A stretch of DNA of 63,626 nt, the filler included, from Thraustochytrium aureum (taxonomy: Eukaryota): NCBI GenBank assembly GCA_012862495.1. It is 5 parts of 4 records of this genome, joined end to end, with 100 filler letters (N's around TTAATTAATTAA, not from the genome) between each part and the next. Parts side by side here need not be neighbours in the genome. Positions count along the whole stretch, not along the records: positions 1 to 16,112 come from BLSG01000037.1; positions 16,213 to 32,032 come from BLSG01000038.1; 3 more parts are not named here. One strand, written 5' to 3'. The notes below the pieces were generated by a model that was not told the origin of the DNA, searched no databases, and saw nothing but the letters and a program-made list of their open reading frames with translations. The translations under genes were made by a program, and so were the position numbers. Positions 11,748 through 23,975 of the stretch are shown here, piece by piece; position 1 is the stretch's first letter, and each line of letters opens with the position of its first letter.

Positions 11748-13187
11748 TCCCGGGGTCGTGTTGCACAATGAATGCGCCAGAGCCTCGAGATTGTGGCATT
11801 GCAACCAGCTTGGAGGCAAGTACAGTACTCAACCTCAGGGCACCTACTAGTACCTACCTACCTACTCTACGTGTGAACTGCCGGACAGAGCCATGATCGA
11901 GTCTTTCTGAATCTGATTCATCATGATCATCGTCATGGCAGTGCCGCAAGTGAGTTCCAAGGAGCGCACGCGCCTACTGCCGGCGTGCACGCCGGGAAGG
12001 TACTACGCTCTTATGTCCACTCTCTGGCGGTGGGAAATTCATCGTTTGTCGCTTGAGCGAGTTCCTCTGTTTTCGCATCCACGCTGCACACCTGCTAAAG
12101 TCACTTGAATTCCAAGAACAAACGCCGGGTTAAATGTAATTTCAGTACTCCACGACAGAACACAGAACACAGCAGAACCACACAGAACCATGCAACTTAC
12201 AGAACCAGAACGGGCGCAGAGCCGTTGCGGGAACGCGATCCACGGCGCTGCGCTGCTCGTACGATGCACGCCCTGGCCCTGTCGGCCTCGATGCCGGGAT
12301 TCGACTTCACGCAAGAGCCTCCCCGTTGTGCAGCGGGGTGCAGCCCGCAGCAGTGTTTTTGATTCGACACCAATGCCGCGACCTGCGGTGTGCTGTTTGT
12401 GCGCATGGGCTCTGCGCGCTCTCTCGCGCTTCATGTACGAGCGCAGCGCTGCTGACGAGGACTCTCGAATCAAGATCGCCGTTGAGGGCTTTCGAAGGTG
12501 ACGCGCGCCCACCGTGCACGCACACGACGAACCTCGCCTCCAGCAGCGCTTCTTGTAGAGATTCCGTGGGGCGAAGCGCACCCGCACGTCAAACGCAACC
12601 AGGGCAAATTCTTGGTGTTAACATTGAGTGAAGTGGTCGCACCCCCTATGAGCGATGAAGATGCGCTGCCCACTGAGAAGGAACGAGGTGGATTCGTTCT
12701 CGGATTTGTTCCCGGATCACTCTTAGGCATCACCATCTGGCGTAAAACGTGCACTCGAGCACAAGGGCACGAGGCCCTACCGGTACGNNNNNNNNNNNNN
12801 NNNNNNNNNNNNNNNNNNNNNNNNNNNNNNNNNNNNNNNNNNNNNNNNNNNNNNNNNNNNNNNNNNNNNNNNNNNNNNNNNNNNNNNNNNNNNNNNNNNN
12901 NNNNNNNNNNNNNNNNNNNNNNNNTCACGGGGCGTCAGCTGTGAAGGCTGACGCGAGTCGGCAAGCGTCGTTCGTTTATGTAAACGACGCTGCCCGAGTC
13001 TACTTGGATAGAGTAAAGCAATCACCTTACACAAGTGACCATCTTCACTTAGGTTAGGTAGCACCAACAGGGACGTATCGCTGCGCCACGGTGGCGGCTC
13101 GCCGGAGTGGACCCAGGCCTTCCCGATGAGGGCCGGACGAAATGGTTGACAAGGACTGCAAAAAGCACGACAAACCAAAGTCAACTA

Positions 13188-14182
13188 TCAAGCCCGGCCC
13201 AGGAGGGGAGGGTCCCAAGGACCCGTGCTTGTGTTTTCCTCGGAACAGAGCTTGGACTCGAACGTGAGGGCTAGATACGCTGCAGTGGGGCGCGCGGCTC
13301 GGTTGCCGTCCCAACAAGACTCGACCAATGTCAAGACCCACTCTGGGACCACGGCGGAAGGACGCGTAAGAGGAGGGCGCTTGCCGCTCTCGATCGCCCC
13401 AGAGATCAAAGTCAGTGGCACATTCTGAAATGGACGCTGGCGCTCGATCACTTCGCCGAGCAGGATGCCAAGCGCAAAGATGTCACTCTTAAAGCTGACG
13501 CGCGGTTGCACAGCGCAAAGCTCTGGCGCAATGTAGGCCGGTGTACCGCCCTGGCGCTCCGTCAGGGTGCGCGTCTGCGTCTCGTTCTTGGACATGCTCA
13601 TCCCAAAGTCGCACAGCTTGACCACAGCGATGCCGTTCGACAGGAGCACATTTTGCGGCTTGACATCGCGATGCACGATTCCCTTACTGTGAAGATGATC
13701 GAGTCCATGGGCAACGCCCGTCCCAACGCGGCCCACCACAGCGAGATCGATCGGGTCGCTCGACTTGTAGAGCATATCGCTCAGCGAGCGGTCGCAGCGC
13801 TCCATGACAAAGCCAAACTGATTCTTGCCTTGGTCAAACATGTGGCCGAGCAAGCGCACAAGATTGACATGGTCCAGCCGTCTCCAGCGCTCGAGCTCAC
13901 CGGCGAACTCGAGCACTGCGTTGGAGGACAGCGAGGCGGCACCTGCCTCGTCAATGAGCTTGACTGCAACGTCTGTGTCTCGCCACTTGGCTTGTACCAC
14001 AACGCCAAAGCCGCCCTGGCCGAGCAGTTTGCCAAACTCGAGCTCCTCGAGCTTGACGTCGGCGCGGTCCTTGGTCATTTGCAGCGTCGAAGTCGTTGCG
14101 AGTTCGTCTAGCGCGTTGCCGAGCTCAACCGGGTCGGCCTGCTCAAAGCGTAGAATGACAAGCCGAGCACTCTGGCTGTGCA
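13188..14182 (-). CDS. TKL-group (Raf/MLK-like) protein kinase; N-terminus lost in N gap
   Basis: LGQGGFGVV, VAVK, HRDVKPQNVLL, DFG, GTPAYIAPE, SDIFALG and CWDGNRAARP. Confidence 0.9.
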
Positions 14183-15513
14183 NNNNNNNNNNNNNNNNNN
14201 NNNNNNNNNNNNNNNNNNNNNNNNNNNNNNNNNNNNNNNNNNNNNNNNNNNNNNNNNNNNNNNNNNNNNNNNNNNNNNNNNNNNNNNNNNNNNNNNNNNN
14301 NNNNNNNNNNNNNNNNNNNNNNNNNNNNNNNNNNNNNNNNNNNNNNNNNNNNNNNNNNNNNNNNNNNNNNNNNNNNNNNNNNNNNNNNNNNNNNNNNNNN
14401 NNNNNNNNNNNNNNNNNNNNNNNNNNNNNNNNNNNNNNNNNNNNNNNNNNNNNNNNNNNNNNNNNNNNNNNNNNNNNNNNNNNNNNNNNNNNNNNNNNNN
14501 NNNNNNNNNNNNNNNNNNNNNNNNNNNNNNNNNNNNNNNNNNNNNNNNNNNNNNNNNNNNNNNNNNNNNNNNNNNNNNNNNNNNNNNNNNNNNNNNNNNN
14601 NNNNNNNNNNNNNNNNNNNNNNNNNNNNNNNNNNNNNNNNNNNNNNNNNNNNNNNNNNNNNNNNNNNNNNNNNNNNNNNNNNNNNNNNNNNNNNNNNNNN
14701 NNNNNNNNNNNNNNNNNNNNNNNNNNNNNNNNNNNNNNNNNNNNNNNNNNNNNNNNNNNNNNNNNNNNNNNNNNNNNNNNNNNNNNNNNNNNNNNNNNNN
14801 NNNNNNNNNNNNNNNNNNNNNNNNNNNNNNNNNNNNNNNNNNNNNNNNNNNNNNNNNNNNNNNNNNNNNNNNNNNNNNNNNNNNNNNNNNNNNNNNNNNN
14901 NNNNNNNNNNNNNNNNNNNNNNNNNNNNNNNNNNNNNNNNNNNNNNNNNNNNNNNNNNNNNNNNNNNNNNNNNNNNNNNNNNNNNNNNNNNNNNNNNNNN
15001 NNNNNNNNNNNNNNNNNNNNNNNNNNNNNNNNNNNNNNNNNNNNNNNNNNNNNNNNNNNNNNNNNNNNNNNNNNNNNNNNNNNNNNNNNNNNNNNNNNNN
15101 NNNNNNNNNNNNNNNNNNNNNNNNNNNNNNNNNNNNNNNNNNNNNNNNNNNNNNNNNNNNNNNNNNNNNNGATATGCCAGCAACGCAGCGTGTGGGGCGG
15201 AAGGTCTCTGGCAGTACGGGTGCGTTTGAAGGCCGTCTCGGCCTGGGCGTCCATGATTACTGCGGTTGGAGTAGCAGGGCTGGGATCGAGGCGAGCGCTA
15301 GCGAAAGCCGTCAGCAATCTACTCTCGAGTGCGGAACCGGGAGGACCCTGGCGAGACCTGGGCGGGGCGCTTGCTGGAGATGATGACTTAGGGGGGCGCC
15401 TCACGAAAGGCGAGAAAGTTCGGCTGTGGTTCCAGCGGTTGGGAATGCGGGCTCCCCGTGTCTTCATCTACTTTGTCGGTTGTGAAGTGATCAAGGCAAC
15501 AGCTGCAGCGGAA

Positions 15514-16112
15514 ATGCTTGCTGCTCGCGAATTGGTAAGGAGCGTGTCGGATGGCATTCAAATCGCAACAAGTGCAAACCGACTGGAGAAGACCTTGCGT
15601 ATCCCTGGGCGCGTCGATATCAAAGCCGGTGATAGTGTCGTTCAAGCGTTGAACAAGGTCCACAAAGCGCTCGCGGACAGCTCGATCGACGACGGGTTTA
15701 GACACCGCCTGATTATCAGCAACGCGGATGGGAAGGTGTACCCAGACCAGTTCCCGCTCCAGGACTCGCCCGAGAAAAACAAAGAAATCGCTGGCGGTTT
15801 GAAGGCGGGGACGTTGCGAGTGGAGGCATACTCTGTGTTCGTAGGAGAGCAAGAGAGCGGGGCAAAACTGGTGTCGAGACCTCTCGTTCTTGAGCCGAGC
15901 GTGAGACTTGACGACAGCGATCTCGTCAGGGAGATTTCCGTAATGGCCAAAGGCCACTCAGTCGACGTCAGATCACGCATGAGGGGGGCAGTATTTCATC
16001 CAGATTTAGACTGGATAAAGGAGGAGGAGAATCCCCGACTCACGTACAGGGCTCTTACTTCTGGTTGCGGTGCTGGCAAAACGGACAAGAAGGACAAGAA
16101 GGAAGGCCGCCG
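15514..16112 (+). CDS. P-loop NTPase-containing protein, 3' truncated at scaffold end (possible Crinkler/RHS-type header plus NTPase)
   Basis: The open frame ends in Walker A-like SGCGAGKT after a hydrophobic strand (TYRALT). The preceding ~100 aa has a beta-grasp-like pattern (inference). Confidence 0.5.
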
Positions 16113-16212
16113 NNNNNNNNNNNNNNNNNNNNNNNNNNNNNNNNNNNNNNNNNNNNTTAATTAATTAANNNNNNNNNNNNNNNNNNNNNNNNNNNNNNNN
16201 NNNNNNNNNNNN
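16113..16212. other. Artificial scaffold-joining spacer
   Basis: 44 N + TTAATTAATTAA (16157-16168, stops in all six frames) + 44 N. An identical structure occurs four times. Confidence 0.97.
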
Positions 16213-16590
16213 GGCGTGTCGCGCCTGCTCCGTCAGCCAGCCTCGTCCGCGTTGCGTGTCTCTGCAGGCCTGGCACGAGATTGATTGCTCTGGCAGGGAG
16301 GGGTGCACACCCGTTCTCTTGAACGATTTCAGAGGAGCACAGATGAAGAACGCCACTGCCTGACCGTGACAGAGGGAGGGGAAACAGCAACCCAGTACTA
16401 CTAGTAGTCTCTCCTTACTCCTCAGGCAGCGTGCAGGGCGCCTCTCTCGCGATCATCTGTTCTGGCTGAAACCACTTCAGAAAGCGAGTTTTTGTTTTGC
16501 TCACATTGGTTGGGGAGAGCCGAACACCTCTCAATAGAAGGCTGTGGCTGCTGGGTGTGCGCGTGCGCGTGAATCAATTAAATTAAATTC

Positions 16591-16610
16591 AATCGATTGT
16601 ACAATCGATT
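16591..16610. repeat. Perfect 20-bp palindrome AATCGATTGTACAATCGATT in an AT-rich patch
   Basis: The first 10 nt are the exact reverse complement of the next 10. Confidence 0.9.
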
Positions 16611-17838
16611 TTATTCGAATGATGCACACTGATCTGCCAGTGTTCTGCTCACTGCTGTGCCGAGCGACCCTAGTCCCCTTCGGTGNNNNNNNNNNNNNNN
16701 NNNNNNNNNNNNNNNNNNNNNNNNNNNNNNNNNNNNNNNNNNNNNNNNNNNNNNNNNNNNNNNNNNNNNNNNNNNNNNNNNNNNNNNNNNNNNNNNNNNN
16801 NNNNNNNNNNNNNNNNNNNNNNNNNNNNNNNNNNNNNNNNNNNNNNNNNNNNNNNNNNNNNNNNNNNNNNNNNNNNNNNNNNNNNNNNNNNNNNNNNNNN
16901 NNNNNNNNNNNNNNNNNNNNNNNNNNNNNNNNNNNNNNNNNNNNNNNNNNNNNNNNNNNNNNNNNNNNNNNNNNNNNNNNNNNNNNNNNNNNNNNNNNNN
17001 NNNNNNNNNNNNNNNNNNNNNNNNNNNNNNNNNNNNNNNNNNNNNNNNNNNNNNNNNNNNNNNNNNNNNNNNNNNNNNNNNNNNNNNNNNNNNNNNNNNN
17101 NNNNNNNNNNNNNNNNNNNNNNNNNNNNNNNNAATGTGCCGCACGAGCCCAAGGCGGTTTCGTCCCACAGGCGCGCGCGCAAGTCGACCTGGTCCACGCT
17201 GTCGTCGAGCGCTGCACGGGCCGCGGCCCGACCACCTGGCCAGCTTGGCGCGCCTCACGCTGACGCGCTTGGCAAACGCCCAACCGACTTGCTGGTCAAG
17301 GGGCTGTCCGCTGTCTGCCAAGGCTCCCACTTCTCGGCAACACAGACCGCCTGCCTTCTGCTGCTCTCCATGATTGCTTTCCTTGCCGAGGAGCGCTCGA
17401 TCGCCGCCGATGTCGTTCGCGGCCAGCCGGTGTGGGCCTCGCCAGATTGGTATCGCGCTGCGGCGAACTCGAGCCTTTTTGAAAGACGCCGGCGGCGAAC
17501 CATGTCCGACGGCAAGTTGTTGCTCTTGCCGGTCCGCTGCCTGTTGCTGCCCGGCAGGCTTCGGTCTGCATTTGTTTTGGAGGTTAAAGGGCGTCCGCTC
17601 GAGCGTGGAGTACGTACGTGAGTGAATGGGGCCTTGGAGAACTTTTGAATGGGTGCTTGATTGCCGGTTGCGCGGTTCGCCTCGACCTGGCCGCGGGTTC
17701 GCCGTGACCCTCCTTCCTTGCCGCGATGCGCCGGGCGATGCAATCCGAGCAGACCCCGAACGAACGCACGGCTGCAGAGCATCGAGGCCGCGGCGTCGAG
17801 TTTCGACAAGCGAGCAAGCGGGAAGGAGGCGGCGAGAA

Positions 17839-18924
17839 ATGCTGGACGAAATGCAGGAGCCCGCGGTTGGGCGAGTTTACGATATGTACGAGACTAGGGC
17901 TGTTGGACACGTGCTGGCCAAGGCGGTCAGGCGGCAAGAGCGGCATGGCGAGGGGTTGCCGATAGCCAGCAAAGAAGCCTGGGAGCCTATCATGATCTCT
18001 GTCGCAAGGGAGATTCGCACCACGACGAACGAGGAGCTGGCGACTCGCTTCCTCATGACCCGAAAGAGCACTGGTCTTCACAGGGCGCTGAATAGAGGCA
18101 CGTTTGATGAAGCGCTGCAGATCGCCGGGTTGACGCACGAGCAAACTCAAAAGCTCAAGGACTCGCCGGCGCCGGAGAGGTCGAGCACGCGCAATGGCTA
18201 TGAGTATCGCAAGAAGGCTTTTGTCGAGAGCGAGTACAAGGAGCTCTGGGGAAAGCTGGAGCGAAAACGCCAACGCCGCAACGAGCTGGCGCGCGAGAGG
18301 GGGGAGCGCGAAGGCAGGCAGGACGGGGCAGCTTCGCGCCCAGCTGGAGACCAGCCCGCCAGGGGAAAGCGCAAGGCAAGCCAAGGCGCAAACTACCGCG
18401 ATGAGGACCCGGAGGACAGCGACACTGACGAGGACCAAAGCGTCTCTGGCAATCTTGGGCATCCAGGACCGCTTGCCCCAGTGGGCGACGAGCAGACGGC
18501 GCGCCGCGCTGCGCGAAGTGAAACCTTGCCACCTCGCGGCGGCTCGCCGGACGTAGAGTTCCAGGCCGCGCGTGGCAGCGCGTCGTCAAGCTCGTCGGAG
18601 CGTCATCCACCGGAGCGCTCCGAGGCCAACGGCGGTACCGCCGCGCATCCGACCCGCTTTGAGGCGCGACGCGAGCGCAGCGGAATGGCTTCCCCCAACT
18701 CGAGCGCGTCGGACCAGCCAGAGGACGACAACGGCGGCGACTACGTCGTGATGCGCGCCGCGCAAGCCGCCCCTCCGATCCGGTTCCATTGCCCACACTG
18801 CTCCCGCGGCATCCGCGCGGAGCTGATCCTCCGCGAGGACCGCGAGCACCGGCCGCGCAAGCGCTCCCGCCCAGCCAGCGGCCAGCGCCGTCCCGACCAC
18901 GGCCGGCGCGATCACCGTTCCTAG
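17839..18924 (+). CDS. Hypothetical, probably nuclear protein (helical N-terminal domain, basic stretches, C-terminal CPHC)
   Basis: Long ORF with KLERKRQRR and RPRKRSR basic clusters, an acidic patch and FHCPHCSRG. Only weak Myb/SANT-like resemblance around SKEAWEPIM. Confidence 0.5.
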   Translation: MLDEMQEPAVGRVYDMYETRAVGHVLAKAVRRQERHGEGLPIASKEAWEPIMISVAREIRTTTNEELATRFLMTRKSTGLHRALNRGTFDEALQIAGLTHEQTQKLKDSPAPERSSTRNGYEYRKKAFVESEYKELWGKLERKRQRRNELARERGEREGRQDGAASRPAGDQPARGKRKASQGANYRDEDPEDSDTDEDQSVSGNLGHPGPLAPVGDEQTARRAARSETLPPRGGSPDVEFQAARGSASSSSSERHPPERSEANGGTAAHPTRFEARRERSGMASPNSSASDQPEDDNGGDYVVMRAAQAAPPIRFHCPHCSRGIRAELILREDREHRPRKRSRPASGQRRPDHGRRDHRS

Positions 18925-19747
18925 CCTCGGCCCACTCCGCGCCATCGGCGCGCCTTCCCACCCCATTCCGTAGCTCGCACTCGCGCAGCAGCGCACAACC
19001 ACCGTGCGCACCAACCAACAACCACATCCCCACCACCATCCCCACCATCCCCACCATCGCCTCGACCGCCGGCGCGGTCCATCCCCATTTCGAGCGCCCT
19101 CCCCCGCCGCGCGCACGCGCNNNNNNNNNNNNNNNNNNNNNNNNNNNNNNNNNNNNNNNNNNNNNNNNNNNNNNNNNNNNNNNNNNNNNNNNNNNNNNNN
19201 NNNNNNNNNNNNNNNNNNNNNNNNNNNNNNNNNNNNNNNNNNNNNNNNNNNNNNNNNNNNNNNNNNNNNNNNNNNNNNNNNNNNNNNNNNNNNNNNNNNN
19301 NNNNNNNNNNNNNNNNNNNNNNNNNNNNNNNNNNNNNNNNNNNNNNNNNNNNNNNNNNNNNNNNNNNNNNNNNNNNNNNNNNNNNNNNNNNNNNNNNNNN
19401 NNNNNNNNNNNNNNNNNNNNNNNNNNNNNNNNNNNNNNNNNNNNNNNNNNNNNNNNNNNNNNNNNNNNNNNNNNNNNNNNNNNNNNNNNNNNNNNNNNNN
19501 NNNNNNNNNNNNNNNNNNNNNNNNNNNNNNNNNNNNNNNNNNNNNNNNNNNNNNNNNNNNNNNNNNNNNNNNNNNNNNNNNNNNNNNNNNNNNNNNNNNT
19601 TTGCGTTGGTCGGGTGGGGCTGGGCGAGTCTGCACACAGCACCGTCACAGCAGGGCGCGCTGAGCTGCCATGGCCGGCCTGCGGCGGGTTCGGTGTGCGG
19701 TCGCCGCAGCGCGTAATGGCGCGCAGAGGTCAAGTTGGTTTCTTTAG

Positions 19748-22700
19748 CTACTCGCTCTCGCTTGGTTGCGGGCGCGTCGACCGTCGTCGCCGAAAGAGGT
19801 TGCAGGCGCCGGTCGAGGGCGCTTGATTCCTGCTCGAGGGGACGTCCTCGAATTCTTGTTTTGCGACGGGGACGCTGTCTTGAAACTGGTGCAGGGTCAC
19901 GCGGAGGTGGCCGGTGGGGTTTGAATTTGACCACCTGTTCACGTCCAGGTTCTCCCATTTCTCCTTTGCGCGGACTTGGTCTTCTGCGCGATAGAGCTTG
20001 TTGCGCTTGCACTTGTTACACACGACGAGGGAGCCGTAGACTTCAAAGGAGGTCCGCTTTGCGTCGTCGTCGTCGGCCAGGGCGTCCACGTGTGGCGTTG
20101 CTTCGTCGTCTTGGGCGTCCACGAATGGCGTTGCCTCGTCGGTCTGGGCGAGTGTGCGCCCCAATTCGCTGTGGTTTTGGACGAAGCGGAACAGGGGGTA
20201 AATCCGCACCAATCTCGGCTCGGCTTTGCCGCGAGTTCGCTTATTGTCGGGGCCAGCCGACATGGTGCAATCACAACCAATGGCATTTTCCAATCCCGTA
20301 GACAGGGCGTCATGGATGATGGCGTCCCGATGACCCTTGGCGAACGAGTACTGCGAGTACAAGCTGCAGACAGAGATCACGGTCGCAGCCGTGACCCCGA
20401 CGACATATTGCACACGCTGGGCGTGATCAGTGGCGTCCTCGAAAGCCGACCGCAAAGTGACGACCATGACAACCAAGCCGAGCACGCGGCAAGCAAAGAA
20501 TACAGCCCCGGCCCCGACCCGCGCGATGCTGTAGAATCGGTTATCGGCCGCCAACTCGGTCTCGATCGAGCGCCTTCTGTCGGCCAGCGTTTCCCACCGC
20601 TTGGACCATGGGTTGACAAGCTGCCGCAAGTTGCGTCTTCGGCGCTGACCTGCCTCGTTCTCACTTGAACACGCTAAAAGCTTGATCAAGTCGAGCGTGT
20701 TAGTCAGGCCTTCCACAGCAGGCTGCCGGACGAACTCGACCACATAGGTTGCGATGTCCGAGATGTGCACCACCTGCACGAGAGCCAGCAGAAAGGAGAA
20801 ACCGATGTATTTGCCCTCCGAAGGATCACCCTCCAATTCCTCGACCCACAAGGCTGCAGGCAAGGCTACCAAGCAAAAGCACATCGCGAGGCCGGCCAAG
20901 ACTTTGACGATCTCCTGCCCACCATTCGTCAGCCAGTCGACCGGCCAGGCCTTGAAACGTAGCAAGGCGATCAGCGCGAGAGTGGCTGGCACAGTGAGCG
21001 ACAGGGCAATGACTAACGCCACGTGGTCTTCTGCGCTGAACTCCACGAAAGCTGTAGCGACGCAAGTTGCGAGAAACCCGACGAACACCGTTGCCTGGAA
21101 CTCTGTCACAAGCCACTTAACTCGCGCATTACACAACTTGAACAACCCATAGCGCAACGCGGCCAACAACCCATTGCACAACCCGGCGACAAACAAAGTG
21201 GGCACGGCGAGGACGTCAAGGAGGCCCAGGATCGCTAACGCAACGAGGTCGATCACAAGCTTGAGCCCGAAAACGAGGACGAACAGGAGCCAATGCATGT
21301 CGTCGTCGTGCGGTTTTGAGACTGGGAGGCGAGCGCTGCGGCTCAGTCGGGTCCCCGTTTGCCACATGAGGATTCTCGTCGGGGACATCCGGTCGGTTCT
21401 CCGTAAGAGGGTCTTTGATTACCGTCAACGGGCGGGACATGGCTCCATGAAACACGTTTGCGACCATGATGAGGAGTCCAATGAGCCCAGCGAACCCAAA
21501 AGCAGCGTTGGCCTGGCCGCTTTGGCAGCCGACGGACGGGTCGCTCGGATAGCGATTGGAAAACACAATGCCGAGACCGGCGCAGAGAAAGGCGCAGACC
21601 ACCAACGTGGGCAGGAGGATCAAATCCCGCTTGGCCTTGAGCAGGACCTGCGTCGAGTGCATGACGACGGCGGCGAAAGGCACGAGCGTAAAGGCGACCC
21701 ACGGGTTGTTCTGATGGGAGCAGACGAGGTATTCGGCGCCCTCGAGCATCCGCCGCTCGGAGCGGCCTTCGCAGACGTTGATCTGCTTGGTTGTCGAGTG
21801 GTTGTTCAACACAATTCCTGCGAATGTCATGANNNNNNNNNNNNNNNNNNNNNNNNNNNNNNNNNNNNNNNNNNNNNNNNNNNNNNNNNNNNNNNNNNNN
21901 NNNNNNNNNNNNNNNNNNNNNNNNNNNNNNNNNNNNNNNNNNNNNNNNNNNNNNNNNNNNNNNNNNNNNNNNNNNNNAATGTCATGACTCCGACGCCGAC
22001 CGAAAGGAGGCCCAGGAAGGTCCAGAGCTGGACCCTGTCTGGCGCTCTGCAACAACCCTTCGCGAAAAAGTTCAGAGCGCCAGATCCGACGATGACAAGG
22101 CCATACGCGATGATGATCCCCGACAGCCACTTCACGTAGGCCACCGGCTCTTCGCCTGGGAGGCCTGGGCAAGGTGTCGGCGCCTTGGTTGGCGACCACG
22201 TCGGAGCGCGCGTCGGCGACGCGCTCGGAAAGGCCGTCGTCGGCGACAGCGTCGGCGTGCTAGTCGTCGGAGCCTTCGAGGGGCGACCTCGAGGGCGACC
22301 GAGTCGGCGCTCTGGTGGGCGAGCGCGTCGGCGACGCCGTGGGGCGGGCGGTGGTCGGGGACCTGCTGGGGGATTTGGTAGGCGACCTCGAGGGCCCGCG
22401 CGAGGGCGAGGTGGTCGGCGTCCGCGTCGGCGACCGCGTCGGCGAAACCGTGGGCCCCTTGGATGGAGAGAGCGTTGGAAGGCGTGTGCAGCCTGGATAG
22501 TCGGACTCCGCCGACGGCTCGAAAACCGAGCTTTTGAGGAGTTCGAAGACCGTCTCCGAAGCGTCGCCATTCCTCAAGTCCAAAAAGCCAAAGTTGGACA
22601 AGCTGCCTGACGGCCGCGACAGGAACGGACGGGCGTCTTTGTTGTAGAGCGCGGTAAAGAATGGGCAACCGTCGTCCTCTGGCTCAAAGTAGTTCTTGTA

Positions 22701-23693
22701 GACCGCATATATGGATGAATCGTCTTGGCGGACCGGGAGGTACAGAATCGCCGCGAACTCGGAGTCGATCGTCACGTTGCAGAGCTCGGCTGTGTCGCAC
22801 ACACCTGTTCTCTGGTCGCAAATGTCGTCATTGTCGATCCACTCGGGCGGGTTGCTATAATTCCGGAGTCCGAGCATGTTGCCTAGCGCAAGGGTGGCGC
22901 ACAGCTTTCTTTTTCTTTCGTCGTTGTCATCCTCGTTTTCATTTTCAAAGCCGTACTTCTTGCAGCTGTCGATGTCACCAATATCGTCGAGGACAAACAT
23001 GATGGGTACTACGCGGCGCCCGGGCGTCGCGGACTTGGTTGCCGCCACGTGGACTAAAGTCGCATTCATCGCATTGTGGAGGTTTGACCCAGTCGAGATG
23101 AAGCTCTGGTTGAACATGGTCCTGTTAAACAGCTCGTTCACCGTGTCGTGGAACGCTTGCTCCGAGCCCAGCTCGTCGCTGCTCTCGACCACAAAGTCGT
23201 CGCCCGCGAAAGCAATCACCTTGGCGACCGCGTCTAGCACAGGGCCGTCCCTTTCACCGTCGAGCCCGACCATCGAACCAGTCGCAAGCACAAGGTTGCG
23301 GTACAAAGGGCGCAGCAGATCATCACTCAAGCTTGATGAGTTTGAAACGTCGACCATGAAAATGAACTCGACAGGGCACAAGGCAAAGTCCTGGTCGAAG
23401 GGCGGGTTGCGTTCCGGTTCGCCGCCATCTTGGCCTCGCGCATCGAGGAGCACCTTGGGGGCCGTGTCCAGATTGAAGAGCCCGTGGCCCCAGATTCTCG
23501 TTTCGAGGCTAGAGTCAAGAACTCCGTCGTTGTCCAAGTCAAAGTCGCACGCAGCCGAGTTGGTCAGGCAGTCCCCGCCGTCCTGGGCGAGCATCCACAC
23601 CGACACAGCGGTGAACACGATCAGAACGAGAACGTTGGCCACATGGATGATGCAATGGGCCGCGTTCAAGTCCTGTTTCTTGCTGAGAAACAT
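19748..23693 (-). CDS. Large polytopic membrane protein: N-terminal TM, vWA domain, Pro/Ser/Thr stalk, more than 12 hydrophobic helices, Cys-containing tail; frameshifts and one gap
   Basis: Four consecutive minus-strand ORFs join by removing single bases in homopolymer runs (G4 at 22280-22283; T4/G3 at ~21314-21326) and across the gap at 21833-21977. MIDAS-like FIFMVDVSNS, SPT/TRSP repeats and many TM segments. Confidence 0.7.
22180..22480 (-). repeat. Coding 12-bp-period repeats (PTxS/SPTR mucin-like stalk)
   Basis: Translation PTLSPSKGPTVSPTRSPTRTPTTSPSRGPSRSPTKSP…PTRAPTWSPTKAPT. Confidence 0.85.
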
Positions 23694-23700
23694 GTTACGT

Positions 23701-23975
23701 TGCCTGCCACCTCTGCCACCTCTGCCACCTCTGCCACCTCTGCCGTTGCGGGTCTGTCCGTGCGCCGCTGCCAGCAAGCGCGACCAGGACCACAGCACTC
23801 ACGCGCTGTCGAGAGTTTGACTGAGAGCGAGGCGGATCCAAGTCACGTCGACTCCTCTGCCGTTGCGGATCTGTGCGTGCGCTGCTGCCAGCAAACGCGA
23901 CCAGGACCGCAAACAATCTTTCGAGAGTTCCAGGAGAGCTGGCTCTGATGAGAGCGAGGCGGGTCGTGGTCATGT
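23701..23975. repeat. (TGCCACCTC)x4 microsatellite followed by a degenerate ~117-bp tandem duplication
   Basis: CTCTGCCGTTGCGG.TCTGT.CGTGCGC.GCTGCCAGCAA.CGCGACCAGGACC occurs at ~23738 and ~23855, each later followed by TGAGAGCGAGGCGG. Confidence 0.85.

Noticed and set aside
16157..16168. TTAATTAATTAA as a piggyBac TTAA target or biological motif
   Set aside because: It is always embedded in exactly 44 N on each side, so it is a synthetic linker.
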